From positions 1 to 64,000 of the forward strand of contig PRDH01000019.1 in the NCBI GenBank assembly GCA_003345545.1: a DNA stretch of 64,000 nt, in the 5' to 3' direction. The notes beneath the pieces were generated by a model. The model was not told the DNA's origin, did no database searches, and saw only the letters and a list, made by a program, of their open reading frames with translations. Both the position numbers and the translations under genes were made by a program. Every line of letters begins with the position of its first letter. The first letter of the stretch is position 1. Below are positions 19,618-29,485 of the stretch, in pieces. The DNA comes from Candidatus Thorarchaeota archaeon. Its GTDB lineage: Archaea; Asgardarchaeota; Thorarchaeia; Thorarchaeales; Thorarchaeaceae.

Positions 19618-19846
19618 GACGAGTCCCTTTGTTATGAATGATCATCCGGGTTGTTCTAATTTCAATGCGGAATGCAACTCAATGTTCCCAGAGATGCTCA
19701 GAATGAGTGAGAAAGAGGTCTGTGTGGCTACTCTATTGAGAGGCGCCCCCACGAGCTCAGGATGCAGCTGATGATAGCACAGAAAGCTAGTAAAGACATC
19801 CACTATGCGACATTTGCTTAAATGTATTCCAGACTAGTAGAGTCTA

Positions 19847-19925
19847 GGGGCCCGGGGCCATTCTCTCTCAAAAACAGTTTCTCTCCTCCTTCCATGTTCT
19901 CTTCGGCCCCCCCTCTCTCTTTTCT
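19847..19925 (+). ncRNA. Putative small RNA 1 (G/C terminal stem, CU-rich loop)
   Basis: TTAAAT box ~27 nt upstream. 5' GGGGCCCGGGG pairs with 3' CTTCGGCCCC (one bulged C). Internal CTCTCCTCCTTCC and a pyrimidine trailer. Confidence 0.4.
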
Positions 19926-20106
19926 CAGACTTGATTTCCTTGATGAATCGAGTTGAGGAACGTAATGGAAATCACCACTGGCAGCCCGAAATCCTTGTTG
20001 TCAGCTGTCAACGAATACCAAACTACACGATCGCTGCAAGGCATTGCCTCGGCTGGTTCATTACAGGAATACTTATATGATAATATACTGTAATATATCT
20101 TGGATA

Positions 20107-20228
20107 GGGGGTCCAACGCGACCTTCATGAGTCTGTTCAATCTCCTCTCTCTCCCTCCCAAATTTCCGACCCGAATGACGTACATCGTCTCTTTCTCGGA
20201 CCCCCTCCTCCCTCCTCTCATCGTTTTT
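20107..20228 (+). ncRNA. Putative small RNA 2 (same architecture as RNA 1)
   Basis: AT-rich TTATATGATAATATA upstream. GGGGGTCC (20107-14) pairs with GGACCCCC (20198-205). Internal CTCCTCTCTCTCCCTCCC, and a pyrimidine trailer ending in TTTTT. Confidence 0.4.
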
Positions 20229-20328
20229 GAAGAACACTTCTTCATGATATCGCTCTCTGTTTGGCTCATAATAGCCTGGTACATTGCTTGTTAAGCCAGC
20301 AAGTTTTAAAGGAGTAGACTCTGGAGCC

Positions 20329-20847
20329 ATGCGAAGGCGAGCAAGCATGTCCACAGCAAAGAGTGCAATTGACAGTACTTTTCGACGGATACTGAAATAC
20401 GCTGCTGAGATCATAATATCGGTCATCCTGCTTGTGATAATCTGCATACCCCTAGCATTCACCATACCAGGATGGTTCCAGCATGTGTTTCTAGGTACTC
20501 CAAGAACTGAATTGACACTCAATCTAGTGGAATGGTTCGGCTATGATGGAGCTCTCTGGGTGACACTCCTGCTTGGACTGATCAGCTTTTCTCTTGGTTA
20601 CTTATACATCTCAAGAATGAAGGCGGGCGTCATATCTGCTGCAGAAGAAGAAATCGTCGAGGAAGTGCCCGAAGTTTCTGAAGAAGAGCCTGAGATTACT
20701 AAGGCTGAAGATGTGGAGGAGGAGGAAGAGATAGCAGCTGAAGATCAAGAGGAAGATGAACATGAGGCAGAACTTGATCTTGAAGGAATAGAGGACGCTC
20801 TAGATGAATCAGTGAAAAACGACGAAGGGAACGCGAGAGACGATTAG
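20329..20847 (+). CDS. Two-TM membrane protein with highly acidic C-terminal tail
   Basis: Two hydrophobic helices followed by an E/D-rich tail. Confidence 0.7.
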   Translation: MRRRASMSTAKSAIDSTFRRILKYAAEIIISVILLVIICIPLAFTIPGWFQHVFLGTPRTELTLNLVEWFGYDGALWVTLLLGLISFSLGYLYISRMKAGVISAAEEEIVEEVPEVSEEEPEITKAEDVEEEEEIAAEDQEEDEHEAELDLEGIEDALDESVKNDEGNARDD

Positions 20848-20872
20848 CTTATTCGTTCCTCACATCATCATG

Positions 20873-21691
20873 CTACATGAGTTTCGTTTTTGTTGCGAGC
20901 TTTTTCACGAGTACTGCAAATGCCCTAGACGCTTTTGAATCTGGATCTGCCAGAACAAATGGGGTGCCATTGTCACTTAGAGTAATCACTCTAGGGTCTA
21001 ATGGAAGAGTACCGAGATGTTCAATTCCATATTCCTTTGCGGCTTTTCTGGCTGCTCCTTCTCCAAAGATCTTGTAGGACTCGCCGCACTTCGGGCAAAC
21101 GAATTCTGCCATGTTCTCCACAATACCGAGGATACGTATGCCCATCTTCTCAACAAGCTGAATCGCTCTCCTAGCATCGAGCACTGCTACTTCTTGAGGC
21201 GTCACCACAATGACCACACCATCGATATCTGGGATTGATTGCAGGATGCTCAATATCTCATCTCCAGTTCCTGGCGGAAGGTCTACAACAAGAACATCAA
21301 GCGATCCCCAATTAACATTGGAGAGGAACTGACTGATTGCCTTTGCGACCATAGGCCCTCGCCACGCAACTGCATCATCATCGTTTCTGAGGAGGAAAGC
21401 CATACTCATGACCTTGACACCAAGTGGTCCAAGGATGGGATTAATGAAATTGCCCTCTGCAGTTGGATGTTTGCCTTCTAGGCCGAGCAGTTTCGGTATA
21501 TTTGGCCCATAGATGTCGACATCGAGGACTCCTGCTGCCTTACCTTCGTGTGCGAATGAAACTGCAAGGTTAGCAGCGACTGTTGTCTTTCCGACTCCTC
21601 CTTTTCCGGACAAAATGACAATCTTGTGCTTTATTCCTTTCATATTCTCTACGACTTCTGGAGGTACAGGTGATTTGGCCATGACAATCAC
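20873..21691 (-). CDS. Mrp/NBP35 (ApbC) Fe-S cluster carrier ATPase
   Basis: SGKGGVGKT, DVDIYGPN, WRGP, VDLPPGTGD, VTPQ, ENM..CPKCG. Confidence 0.95.
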   Translation of the reverse strand: MIVMAKSPVPPEVVENMKGIKHKIVILSGKGGVGKTTVAANLAVSFAHEGKAAGVLDVDIYGPNIPKLLGLEGKHPTAEGNFINPILGPLGVKVMSMAFLLRNDDDAVAWRGPMVAKAISQFLSNVNWGSLDVLVVDLPPGTGDEILSILQSIPDIDGVVIVVTPQEVAVLDARRAIQLVEKMGIRILGIVENMAEFVCPKCGESYKIFGEGAARKAAKEYGIEHLGTLPLDPRVITLSDNGTPFVLADPDSKASRAFAVLVKKLATKTKLM

Positions 21692-21739
21692 TATGGGGCG
21701 CCTTACTAGTTCTAAAAAGACTTTGCATACGTTTGAGAA

Positions 21740-22564
21740 CTAAGGGCGTTCTCGAAGACCCTTGAGTGTGTCTAGAATCAGGCGAGCGAGCTCTTCGTTC
21801 GAAGCAGCAACGAAATTCATCATGACACCTTGTTCCAGAGGGCAGCAGAATCTCTCTCCTCTTTGGTCAAGTACGAATCCTCCTGCTTCGAATACCATAT
21901 GTGTTCCGCAGATGTGGATGACTGGCAGTCTGTTCCTCATATCGACCATTCCATCAAGTAGGCCCGCTGCTGTCCAACAGAGGTCAAGTAGATTGCTTCC
22001 GGTTCTTCGTATATCATGCACTGCGCTCATTATTCTCACGGAGCTCTCAAGAAAATCAGATTCCCATGCTCTCTTGGTGTCATAGGATATGACAGCATCT
22101 GCCAGATTGACCGGAGCCGCTGTGGTTAGTTTCGTTCCATTTCGAGTAACCCCTTCGTTCTTTATCGCGACATAGGTTTCATTTGAAAACACTGATTCTA
22201 TGACACTGATTTCTGCATCATCTGAGGTCATTCTGGAGTCGAAAGGCACAATCGATATTCCAATAGACGCAAGAGGAATGCCTCTCCTCAGGTTTGCCGA
22301 ACCGTCAATAGGATCGACAATGGCAAGATACTCCGGTTGTCTGGCGGGCTTTAGAAATCCCTTCTCTTCAGTCAGAATGGCAAATTCCACGTTCGAGCTT
22401 TGAAGAACTGAAATTATCTCATCTTCTGCCCTCAAGTCCGAGACAAGTGTCCGGTCACCGTAGGGATTGATTGTGCCTGTGTACTCATTGGCACAATCCA
22501 CATTCTCGAGGGTATTCCTCTTTGCTGAATGGGTGGCGGCTTTGATGGTCTTGAGCAAGGTCAT
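21740..22564 (-). CDS. Inositol monophosphatase/FBPase family protein
   Basis: LTEE, VDPIDGSAN, RRTGS..LDLC..AAG. Confidence 0.88.
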   Translation of the reverse strand: MTLLKTIKAATHSAKRNTLENVDCANEYTGTINPYGDRTLVSDLRAEDEIISVLQSSNVEFAILTEEKGFLKPARQPEYLAIVDPIDGSANLRRGIPLASIGISIVPFDSRMTSDDAEISVIESVFSNETYVAIKNEGVTRNGTKLTTAAPVNLADAVISYDTKRAWESDFLESSVRIMSAVHDIRRTGSNLLDLCWTAAGLLDGMVDMRNRLPVIHICGTHMVFEAGGFVLDQRGERFCCPLEQGVMMNFVAASNEELARLILDTLKGLRERP

Positions 22565-22758
22565 AGTATCTCATCGCGCACACTAGTCTTCTTTGTCTAT
22601 TTCACTTAAGCGGTAGGAATGCCATCACATACAATGCGACGGTGCTAACATGAGTTTTGACAGACCCAACATTCTTGTGATGGAATGTGTGAGTTAGACA
22701 ATACCTTAAATGGTTCAAGGCATGAAATAAAGACGTAAGGCACAACATGGTGGTTCTC

Positions 22759-23424
22759 ATGGGTTTCTTGAGCGGTAGAAAGAAAGTCGACACAGAACGT
22801 GGAATCCTAGAGATGAAGGGTACAATGAATGCATTGACCCTCAGAGTCAGAAGACTAGAGACCAGAATGGCTGAAGAACAACAGTCTGCAAAGGAGGCTA
22901 TGTCCAGAGGCAACCGGTCCATTGCTCGGTCTCATCTCAGTATTGTCGTGGACCTAGAGAATAGGAAAGCCCGATATCAACAGCAGTATCTAACACTAGA
23001 AACAGCGCTTCTCAACCTCGAGGAAGCAAAGACTCAATCAGAGGTTCTTAGGGCATTCAGTATTGCCAATGATGCCTTGACAGAGGCACGGACTCTCTTG
23101 AAACCCGAGGAAATCCAGGCACAGCTCGATAGGCTCTCTGAATCTTTCGAACACATTTCCATAGCGGGTGAACTGCTCTCGGAGGATCTTAGCGGGGCTG
23201 AGTCCACTGTTGAAATGGAGGAGCGAGTTGACCGCGAACTGGATGCTATGGAAGCAGAGGTTCTTCTTCAGAAAGAGGGAGTTCTTCCACCACTCGAGGT
23301 TGAAGGAGGAAAGAGGCCCAAGGAGGCGACTGCCGAAAAGGCAGGAGAGAAACGGATTGACGCCCTCCTTGCAGACTTGGAGAAAGAAGCTCGTGAAGAA
23401 AGAGAGCGAGAAGCTGAGGGATAG
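22759..23424 (+). CDS. ESCRT-III / Snf7 family protein (Vps20/32/60-like)
   Basis: N-terminal MGFLSGRKK, basic helical hairpin (AKEAMSRGNRSIAR), LETALLNLEEAK, acidic C-terminal half (VDRELDAMEAE) and LPPL. Start at the second ATG after a GGTGG RBS. Confidence 0.82.
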   Translation: MGFLSGRKKVDTERGILEMKGTMNALTLRVRRLETRMAEEQQSAKEAMSRGNRSIARSHLSIVVDLENRKARYQQQYLTLETALLNLEEAKTQSEVLRAFSIANDALTEARTLLKPEEIQAQLDRLSESFEHISIAGELLSEDLSGAESTVEMEERVDRELDAMEAEVLLQKEGVLPPLEVEGGKRPKEATAEKAGEKRIDALLADLEKEAREEREREAEG

Positions 23425-23456
23425 TCGAGTCCACAGAGTCTGAACTTATTCTACAG

Positions 23457-24116
23457 GTGCATGTGACGTTGAGAATAGAACTCGTAGTGTTTGATGTCGA
23501 TGGGACGCTCACCCAGCACAGTAGCGTATGGTGGAGACTTCACGAGCTTTTCGGTACAACCAAGGAGGGTCGAGTCTACTTCGACCAGTATTTCGCTGGA
23601 GAAATCAGTTATCAACAATGGGCTGACTATGATGTAGCTCTCTGGAAAGGACAAGCAGTCAGCCGTGTGTTGAAAGTCGTACAAGACACGCGGCTTGTTG
23701 AGGGCGCCAAAGAAACTATCCAGACCCTACAAGATCATGACATCCACACAGCAATTCTTTCTGGCGGACTCGACATAATGGCCGAGGACATCGCGCGCAG
23801 GGTAGGAATTGAATTCGTCCTGACGAACAGACTTGTCCATAAGAATGGTTACCTGACAGGTACTGTTGAGAACGTTATCGGATGGGCTGAGAAAGCAAGT
23901 CATATTCAGAAGGTTCTTGACCACTTTGGTGTCGAGCGCGAACAGACCGCCTTTGTTGGTGATGGTAGGAATGACATGAGCGTCTTTGCTGTGGTCGGCT
24001 TCTCAATCGCCTTCAATCCCGCAGATCAGGAGGTAGCAAATGCAGCAACGGTCGCTGTGAAAGAGAGCGATCTTCGAGCAATCCTCCCCCATATCATATC
24101 GGGGTACCAGCGATGA
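23457..24116 (+). CDS. HAD-IB phosphoserine phosphatase-like hydrolase
   Basis: FDVDGTL, LSGG, K, GDGRND, IAFNP. Confidence 0.88.
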   Translation: MHVTLRIELVVFDVDGTLTQHSSVWWRLHELFGTTKEGRVYFDQYFAGEISYQQWADYDVALWKGQAVSRVLKVVQDTRLVEGAKETIQTLQDHDIHTAILSGGLDIMAEDIARRVGIEFVLTNRLVHKNGYLTGTVENVIGWAEKASHIQKVLDHFGVEREQTAFVGDGRNDMSVFAVVGFSIAFNPADQEVANAATVAVKESDLRAILPHIISGYQR

Positions 24117-25302
24117 GAAGAATGAACACATAGACCTGAAGCAGTATGATCATTGCACCCTCAAATAGGTCCAGCTTTTGGTCGTCGGTAATCGCCCGTT
24201 TTAGAAACCACAGACTTCCTGCTATGACAATGATTTGAAAGAGCACATACCTGTCCAAGGGGATGAGGACAAACATCCCAATTCCGCCCATGACCAGCAA
24301 GACAATCTGAAGAACACCTCCAATGAGGTTTCCAATTGCCAGACCTACTTTCCCTTTCGCCGCTGCAATTAATGCAATCCCATGTTCTGGCAATGCTCCA
24401 GCAGCGCCTAATATGAGGGCAGCAATTGCCACGTGATTGATTCCTAGAGCTGAAACGGACTCGCTGAAGCGATCAAGAAACAACTCGACAGAATCTGTCA
24501 GAATCTCGCCAGCAAGGAATATGCCTATGAATCCCATCAGTGCCAAGACCAGAGCACTCCTCTTCCTATGAGAAGGCTGTGCCTTCCCAGTGGTATCAGT
24601 CACACCACCCTTAGCTAATGCTCCCGTGTAAATGATGTATGATAGGAATAACGTAAACGAAGCGACCGCTGGGAATTTTGGATTCAGAGGAGAGTCTGGA
24701 CCGACCATGTCCAGGATTCCCAAGGCGAACATGCTGATTAGAGCAACGATAGTCCACCTGATTAGCACAGAGTCTTTCCTGATTGCCTCCTCTGGCACTT
24801 TCAAGGGCCCTGATTTTCGAGTGGATATGATTATTGTCACTCCTAGGAGCAGCATGTTGAATCCTGCTGCAATTAGAACAGACAAGACAGCAATATCCTG
24901 CAAATCGGGTTGATTGTTCGTCCAACCTGTATACGCAGCTATTCCGCTAATGACTGCCTCAGGCATGTTGCTTGCGAGGCTTGAAAGTATTCCTGCCATG
25001 TAGGCAGTGTAACCCAGATATCCTGCGGCACTCTCAATGCCCTCAACAGCCCATTCTGAGGGTCTGAACGCCAGCCAAATCCCAACAAGAAATCCAAGAG
25101 AGAGAACCAATACCGGTTCAATCCCTGCCAGTCTCAAGTAGAAGTAGACAACCAGTAGACCAATAACCACAGCAAATTCTTTCTTTCCTGCAACGAGCGA
25201 ATCTCTGACTCCATGCAGGTGAGGCTGATCGTTGTCTGCAGACTCGATGATTGATGGTTCCCCCATGAATCTTCGTTGAGGACTTTCTCTCCACAGATTC
25301 AC
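24094..25302 (-). CDS. Ca2+:cation antiporter (CaCA) family protein
   Basis: Two alpha-repeats, ASNMPE and GALPEH..AIGNLIGG; about 11 TMs. Confidence 0.85.
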   Translation of the reverse strand: MNLWRESPQRRFMGEPSIIESADNDQPHLHGVRDSLVAGKKEFAVVIGLLVVYFYLRLAGIEPVLVLSLGFLVGIWLAFRPSEWAVEGIESAAGYLGYTAYMAGILSSLASNMPEAVISGIAAYTGWTNNQPDLQDIAVLSVLIAAGFNMLLLGVTIIISTRKSGPLKVPEEAIRKDSVLIRWTIVALISMFALGILDMVGPDSPLNPKFPAVASFTLFLSYIIYTGALAKGGVTDTTGKAQPSHRKRSALVLALMGFIGIFLAGEILTDSVELFLDRFSESVSALGINHVAIAALILGAAGALPEHGIALIAAAKGKVGLAIGNLIGGVLQIVLLVMGGIGMFVLIPLDRYVLFQIIVIAGSLWFLKRAITDDQKLDLFEGAMIILLQVYVFILLIAGTPI

Positions 25303-25338
25303 ACGGGTTTTTAATGATGGCGATTATTCATAGCGCTC

Positions 25339-26505
25339 TCATTTGAGATTCGTATATCGGGCTCCGCTCCCAGTATTGAGAAGAATGACATCTTCGTCAA
25401 AATCAATCGTACCTGCATCGATGAGATTCCTCAGGCCTGCAATCCCGACTGCACTCTCAGGACAGATATCCAATCCCTCCAACCTCGCAACCATGCGTCG
25501 GATTGGTTCGATGTCATGTTCCGCTACTGCTACAGCTCCGCCGCCTGAGTTTCTTATGGCGTTGAGAATCTGCCTTCCAGCGAAAGGACTGGGCACACGA
25601 AGACCGAGTGCCATGGTCTTTCCGTTCACCCAGGGCTCCAGATTGTCTGTTCCCTTCTCTATCGCTCGCACAACGGGAGCACATCCACCACTCTGGGCAG
25701 CATATATTCTTGGACGTTCACTTCCTACAAGGCCCAGAGTTTCAAGCTCCTCAAATGCTTTCCAAATGCCGATGATTGCTGTTCCACCACCAGTAGGACA
25801 GACTATTGCATCGGGGACCGACCAACCCATCTGCTCAGAGATTTCAAAACCAAGAGTCTTTTTTCCTTCTACTCTGTAGGGCTCCTTTGTTGTTGAAAGG
25901 TCTGTCCAATCACCGTTTCTTTTCCTCATTTCTTGTCCTGCGTCTGATATTGTACCGCGCACTCGAACTGTTTCGGCACCGAACAGCTCGCACTGTGTAA
26001 AGAAAGGTTCAGGAGTATCATCCGGCATGAAGATGTGCGCTGACACTCCAGCAGCCGCGCTATATGCGCTCGCAGACACAGCGGCATTGCCAGCTGAAGG
26101 CAGGGCGAAGCTCTTCGCTCCGAGTTCAAGGCTCTTGGATATAGCTGCGCTGAGTCCCCTATCCTTGAAACTCCCTGTTGGATTTTGGGCTTCATCCTTG
26201 ATTCTCAGCATCCTGAGACCCAAGTGCTTTCCCAGCTGTCTTGATAGCAGAAGTGGTGTCCATCCTTCACCAAGACTAATGACGTAAGATGGGGACTTCA
26301 CAGGCAGAAGTTGTGAATATCTCCACATCGAGTTAAGGTCTGAAGGGAACTCTCCGGAATCAATCTCCTCTTGGACGCTGCCCGTGTCATATACTGCAAA
26401 CAGGGGTGATCCACAGACGCAATATGTGCTGAGGTGGTCAGCAGAGTGCTCTCTTCTGCATTGCGGACATTTAAGGTGCGATATATGAGAGATCAATGAG
26501 TTCAC
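25339..26505 (-). CDS. thrC: Threonine synthase (PLP, fold type II)
   Basis: N-terminal Zn-ribbon, SLGEGWTPL, NPTGSFKDRG, SAGNA, PTGGG, CPES. Confidence 0.88.
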   Translation of the reverse strand: MNSLISHISHLKCPQCRREHSADHLSTYCVCGSPLFAVYDTGSVQEEIDSGEFPSDLNSMWRYSQLLPVKSPSYVISLGEGWTPLLLSRQLGKHLGLRMLRIKDEAQNPTGSFKDRGLSAAISKSLELGAKSFALPSAGNAAVSASAYSAAAGVSAHIFMPDDTPEPFFTQCELFGAETVRVRGTISDAGQEMRKRNGDWTDLSTTKEPYRVEGKKTLGFEISEQMGWSVPDAIVCPTGGGTAIIGIWKAFEELETLGLVGSERPRIYAAQSGGCAPVVRAIEKGTDNLEPWVNGKTMALGLRVPSPFAGRQILNAIRNSGGGAVAVAEHDIEPIRRMVARLEGLDICPESAVGIAGLRNLIDAGTIDFDEDVILLNTGSGARYTNLK

Positions 26506-26621
26506 CTGAACTTAGATTACATGATATTCCGTGCAGTTGTACATAAGCATGTAGGATTGATTGAATGAACACCCTTATTTGTTGTATAGGCGTTCTTCTG
26601 CTCTGAGAGTATTCGGACGGG

Positions 26622-27827
26622 ATGTATCTGGGCGAGCTCAAGCGGATAACGTTGCCCTTCACAGCCATCGTCGGCCTAGAAAAGCTAAAGCTAGCCCTAC
26701 TTCTAAACGGTGTGAATCCTTCTATCGGAGGCGTGCTCATCTCAGGTCCGAAAGGTACAGGGAAGACGACTGTTGTTCGAGCACTTGCTGATCTGCTCCC
26801 TGAAGTCGATGTGGTGAAAGACTGTCGTTTTGGCTGCAATCCGAGTACTCCGGATTTCTTCTGCGAAGAATGCAAGTCTCGTGTGTCAGGTGGTGCAGCG
26901 CTTGAATCTACCAGACGGAAGATGCGGGTTGTGAATCTGCCTCTATCGACCACTGAGGATCGCCTTATTGGTGCATTAGACATCGAGCAAGTCCTTCAGG
27001 AGGGGATTCGTGCACTCAAACCAGGGATACTTGCCGATGCGCATCGAAATGTTCTGTATGTTGATGAAGTGAACCTATTGCCAGATCACCTCGTTGATGA
27101 CTTCCTCGATGCCGCTGCGACAAAGGTCAACACGATTGAACGCGAAGGAATCTCTATTTCGCATCCCTCGGACTTTGTCCTTATAGGCACAATGAACCCA
27201 GAAGAAGGCGAGCTCCGACCGCAGCTATTAGATCGATTCGCTCTCCATGTTGCAATTGGCTCGAATCACTCAATCGAAGAACGGATGGAGCTTGTAAGAA
27301 GGAATCTTGAGTTTGAGAGAGACCCAGATGGATTTCGTGCACGCTGGTCGGATGCTCAGCAAGAGATGCGAGAAAGGGTCGTTCGTGCCAAAGAATCACT
27401 GGAAAGCGTAGAGCTAGACGATACGAACCTACGCGCCATAGCAATGGCCTGTGATGCATTAGAAGTCGATGGTGTTCGACCGGACATTGTGATTAGCAAG
27501 ACAGCAATTACACATGCCGCATTTCAAGGCCGCGCACAGGTCACTCTTGAAGACATGAAGCTTGCTTCGCAACTCGCCTTAAGTCATAGAACTCGTAGAG
27601 GTGGTCTCTTGGAGCCTCCCTCTTCTGACGATATTGATCGGGCAATAACAAAAGCGGTAGAAATTGCAAAGAAGAATGACCGCAGGAAATCACCCACTGA
27701 AGTTCCGAAGGAGGATGAAGAGCCCGCTGAGCAAGGAGAGCGGCGAAGCGGAGGTCGCTTTGGCCGGCAATCAAGCTTTGCTCAATTCGAAAGACAGGAG
27801 GGCAAAAAAAAACTCCCGGAAAAATAA
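26622..27827 (+). CDS. Mg/Co-chelatase subunit I-like AAA+ ATPase (0-frame product of a frameshifted chlD-like gene)
   Basis: [52 protein letters not shown]. Confidence 0.92.
   Translation: MYLGELKRITLPFTAIVGLEKLKLALLLNGVNPSIGGVLISGPKGTGKTTVVRALADLLPEVDVVKDCRFGCNPSTPDFFCEECKSRVSGGAALESTRRKMRVVNLPLSTTEDRLIGALDIEQVLQEGIRALKPGILADAHRNVLYVDEVNLLPDHLVDDFLDAAATKVNTIEREGISISHPSDFVLIGTMNPEEGELRPQLLDRFALHVAIGSNHSIEERMELVRRNLEFERDPDGFRARWSDAQQEMRERVVRAKESLESVELDDTNLRAIAMACDALEVDGVRPDIVISKTAITHAAFQGRAQVTLEDMKLASQLALSHRTRRGGLLEPPSSDDIDRAITKAVEIAKKNDRRKSPTEVPKEDEEPAEQGERRSGGRFGRQSSFAQFERQEGKKKLPEK
27804..27812 (+). other. A9 slippery site (A_AAA_AAA), predicted -1 programmed frameshift joining the AAA+ ORF to the VWA ORF
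   Basis: GGC AAA AAA AAA CTC CCG GAA AAA TAA in frame 0. The -1 frame is open from 27731 to the stop at 29302. Confidence 0.72.
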
Positions 27828-29302
27828 GAAATCCAGAGGGGAATCCCATCAAGGGCACAATATGTGCGGTGATGATGGTCGTTGTCTTCAGCTATTTTCT
27901 CTGGATTTTTGTAAGTCCGTTGAATTGGCTGTTTGGTTCCTGGATTCTTGAGTTTCCTCCTCTCCATGTCATCATTATTGACACCATCGTCTATATCCCT
28001 CTTATCTGGCGACTCGTTAGGAAATGGCTTGAAGTCATGACCCGGCGAAAGGGCGGACCTACAGCTGGAATCGACACAGTGGAACCAGGTCGCGCCTTGC
28101 CTGAATCTGGTGATGAGTGGGGACTTGCGACAAGACCCTATGTTCCAGAAAAGCCGAGTCTGATTACAGGACCAAAATCCGACATTAGAGAGTCTCCTTT
28201 TGGGCTGAACGATGATTTCTTTGTCAAAATGCCCGATATCGACACGGGAGAGGAGATCTTCGATAATGAAAAGCTCCGGATGAGAGCCATGATTCGTTCT
28301 AGAGTCACAACTGGGAACTGGATCAACAAACGAGTAGGTTCACGAGCAATGGGGTCTTTGAAGTCCTCAGGTGCAGTGAAACACGGACGGCCTATCCGCT
28401 CCCGAATGCCTAACCGAGAAATCGAGAGCATACATGTTACTTCAACAGTACTTGCAGCAATTGCTAGAACCGGCGATGCACAGCATTTGCCAATTCGAAT
28501 CACGCGTGGTGACCTTCGTGAGAACATGTTCGCTGGCAGGTGCCCTCTAACGATTATTCTTGTCATCGACGTAAGCCTATCAATGAAGGGCAGCATGGAG
28601 GAAGTCAGGCAGCTTCTCGAACGCATTGAAGGCGAAACACGTGGTTCCAAGGACCGGACCGGAATCATAGCCTTCAAGGATAGCGGAGCCGTGGAAGTTC
28701 AGGCTCCTACAACCAATTGGAATAAGATCTACAGAGCTCTGGGCCGACTGAGGATATCTGGTCTGACACCGCTTGCAGACGCTCTCCGAAAGGCGTTTGA
28801 AACTATCCAGAGAGAGCGAATGAGGAATCCTGATATCGAGCCTTTTGTCATGATTATCTCAGATTTCTCACCAAATATCCCGCTAGCTCAGTCCGTCGGA
28901 CCCGGTGACAGTCAGTATACACCCGTGCAAGATCTCATCAGGACTTCTAGAATGATGCGCAAGGCGAAGATTCGCTTCGCCGCTATCAATGTTGACCCGG
29001 AGCAGAGTAGATGGCCAAGATTCCTTAAGCGTCCTTATCATGAAGCGCTCGAACTAGCAGCAATGCTTAGAGCCAGGAAGGACGGTCTTGATGATCCAAT
29101 CGAAGCAGTTCTTGCAGTGGACGAGTTTAGGAGGTCTTTCGGTGCCTATCTCGTAGCTAGGGCCGGTGGCGGTCGAGCACACCTTTCACGAGAGCTCATG
29201 AAGGAGAAATCGATACTTCGGACTCTCTTGCATACTGGTAGAACTAGAACACGACTTCGTGAGGAAGACCTGAGTGAGATTGAAGCATATCTTCCAAAAT
29301 GA
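27812..29302 (+). CDS. ChlD-like C-terminal part: TM hairpin plus VWA domain (-1 frame)
   Basis: MIDAS DVSLSM, GLTPLA, ISDF and ChlD-like GRPIR..TVLAA..DLRE. Two hydrophobic helices at the start. The track start GTG 27869 lacks a clear RBS. Confidence 0.82.
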   Translation, partial: TPGKIRNPEGNPIKGTICAVMMVVVFSYFLWIFVSPLNWLFGSWILEFPPLHVIIIDTIVYIPLIWRLVRKWLEVMTRRKGGPTAGIDTVEPGRALPESGDEWGLATRPYVPEKPSLITGPKSDIRESPFGLNDDFFVKMPDIDTGEEIFDNEKLRMRAMIRSRVTTGNWINKRVGSRAMGSLKSSGAVKHGRPIRSRMPNREIESIHVTSTVLAAIARTGDAQHLPIRITRGDLRENMFAGRCPLTIILVIDVSLSMKGSMEEVRQLLERIEGETRGSKDRTGIIAFKDSGAVEVQAPTTNWNKIYRALGRLRISGLTPLADALRKAFETIQRERMRNPDIEPFVMIISDFSPNIPLAQSVGPGDSQYTPVQDLIRTSRMMRKAKIRFAAINVDPEQSRWPRFLKRPYHEALELAAMLRARKDGLDDPIEAVLAVDEFRRSFGAYLVARAGGGRAHLSRELMKEKSILRTLLHTGRTRTRLREEDLSEIEAYLPK

Positions 29303-29485
29303 TTGCACGGTTTTGCACTCGCGATTAGATTATTAACGGGGGCAGTGTTCTTGACATATGCGCATGGCTGATAGATGTCTTCTGTCATAGTGAGCGAGGA
29401 GAGCCCCGTACGGGTTTCTGTGAATTTGCTTTTCATGCACCAGACACAAGTCGTGCGCACCCTTCAAAACAGAGGAGTTCAATGA

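Noticed and set aside
19925-20522. ORFs 19925..20284, 20073..20522 and 20100..20294
   Set aside because: Low-complexity translations of the CT-rich tracts with no protein-like features; an RNA-level explanation fits better.
27664-27951. +1-frame ORF spanning the A9 run as the frameshift product
   Set aside because: It terminates at 27951 with no domain, whereas the -1 frame leads into the VWA domain.
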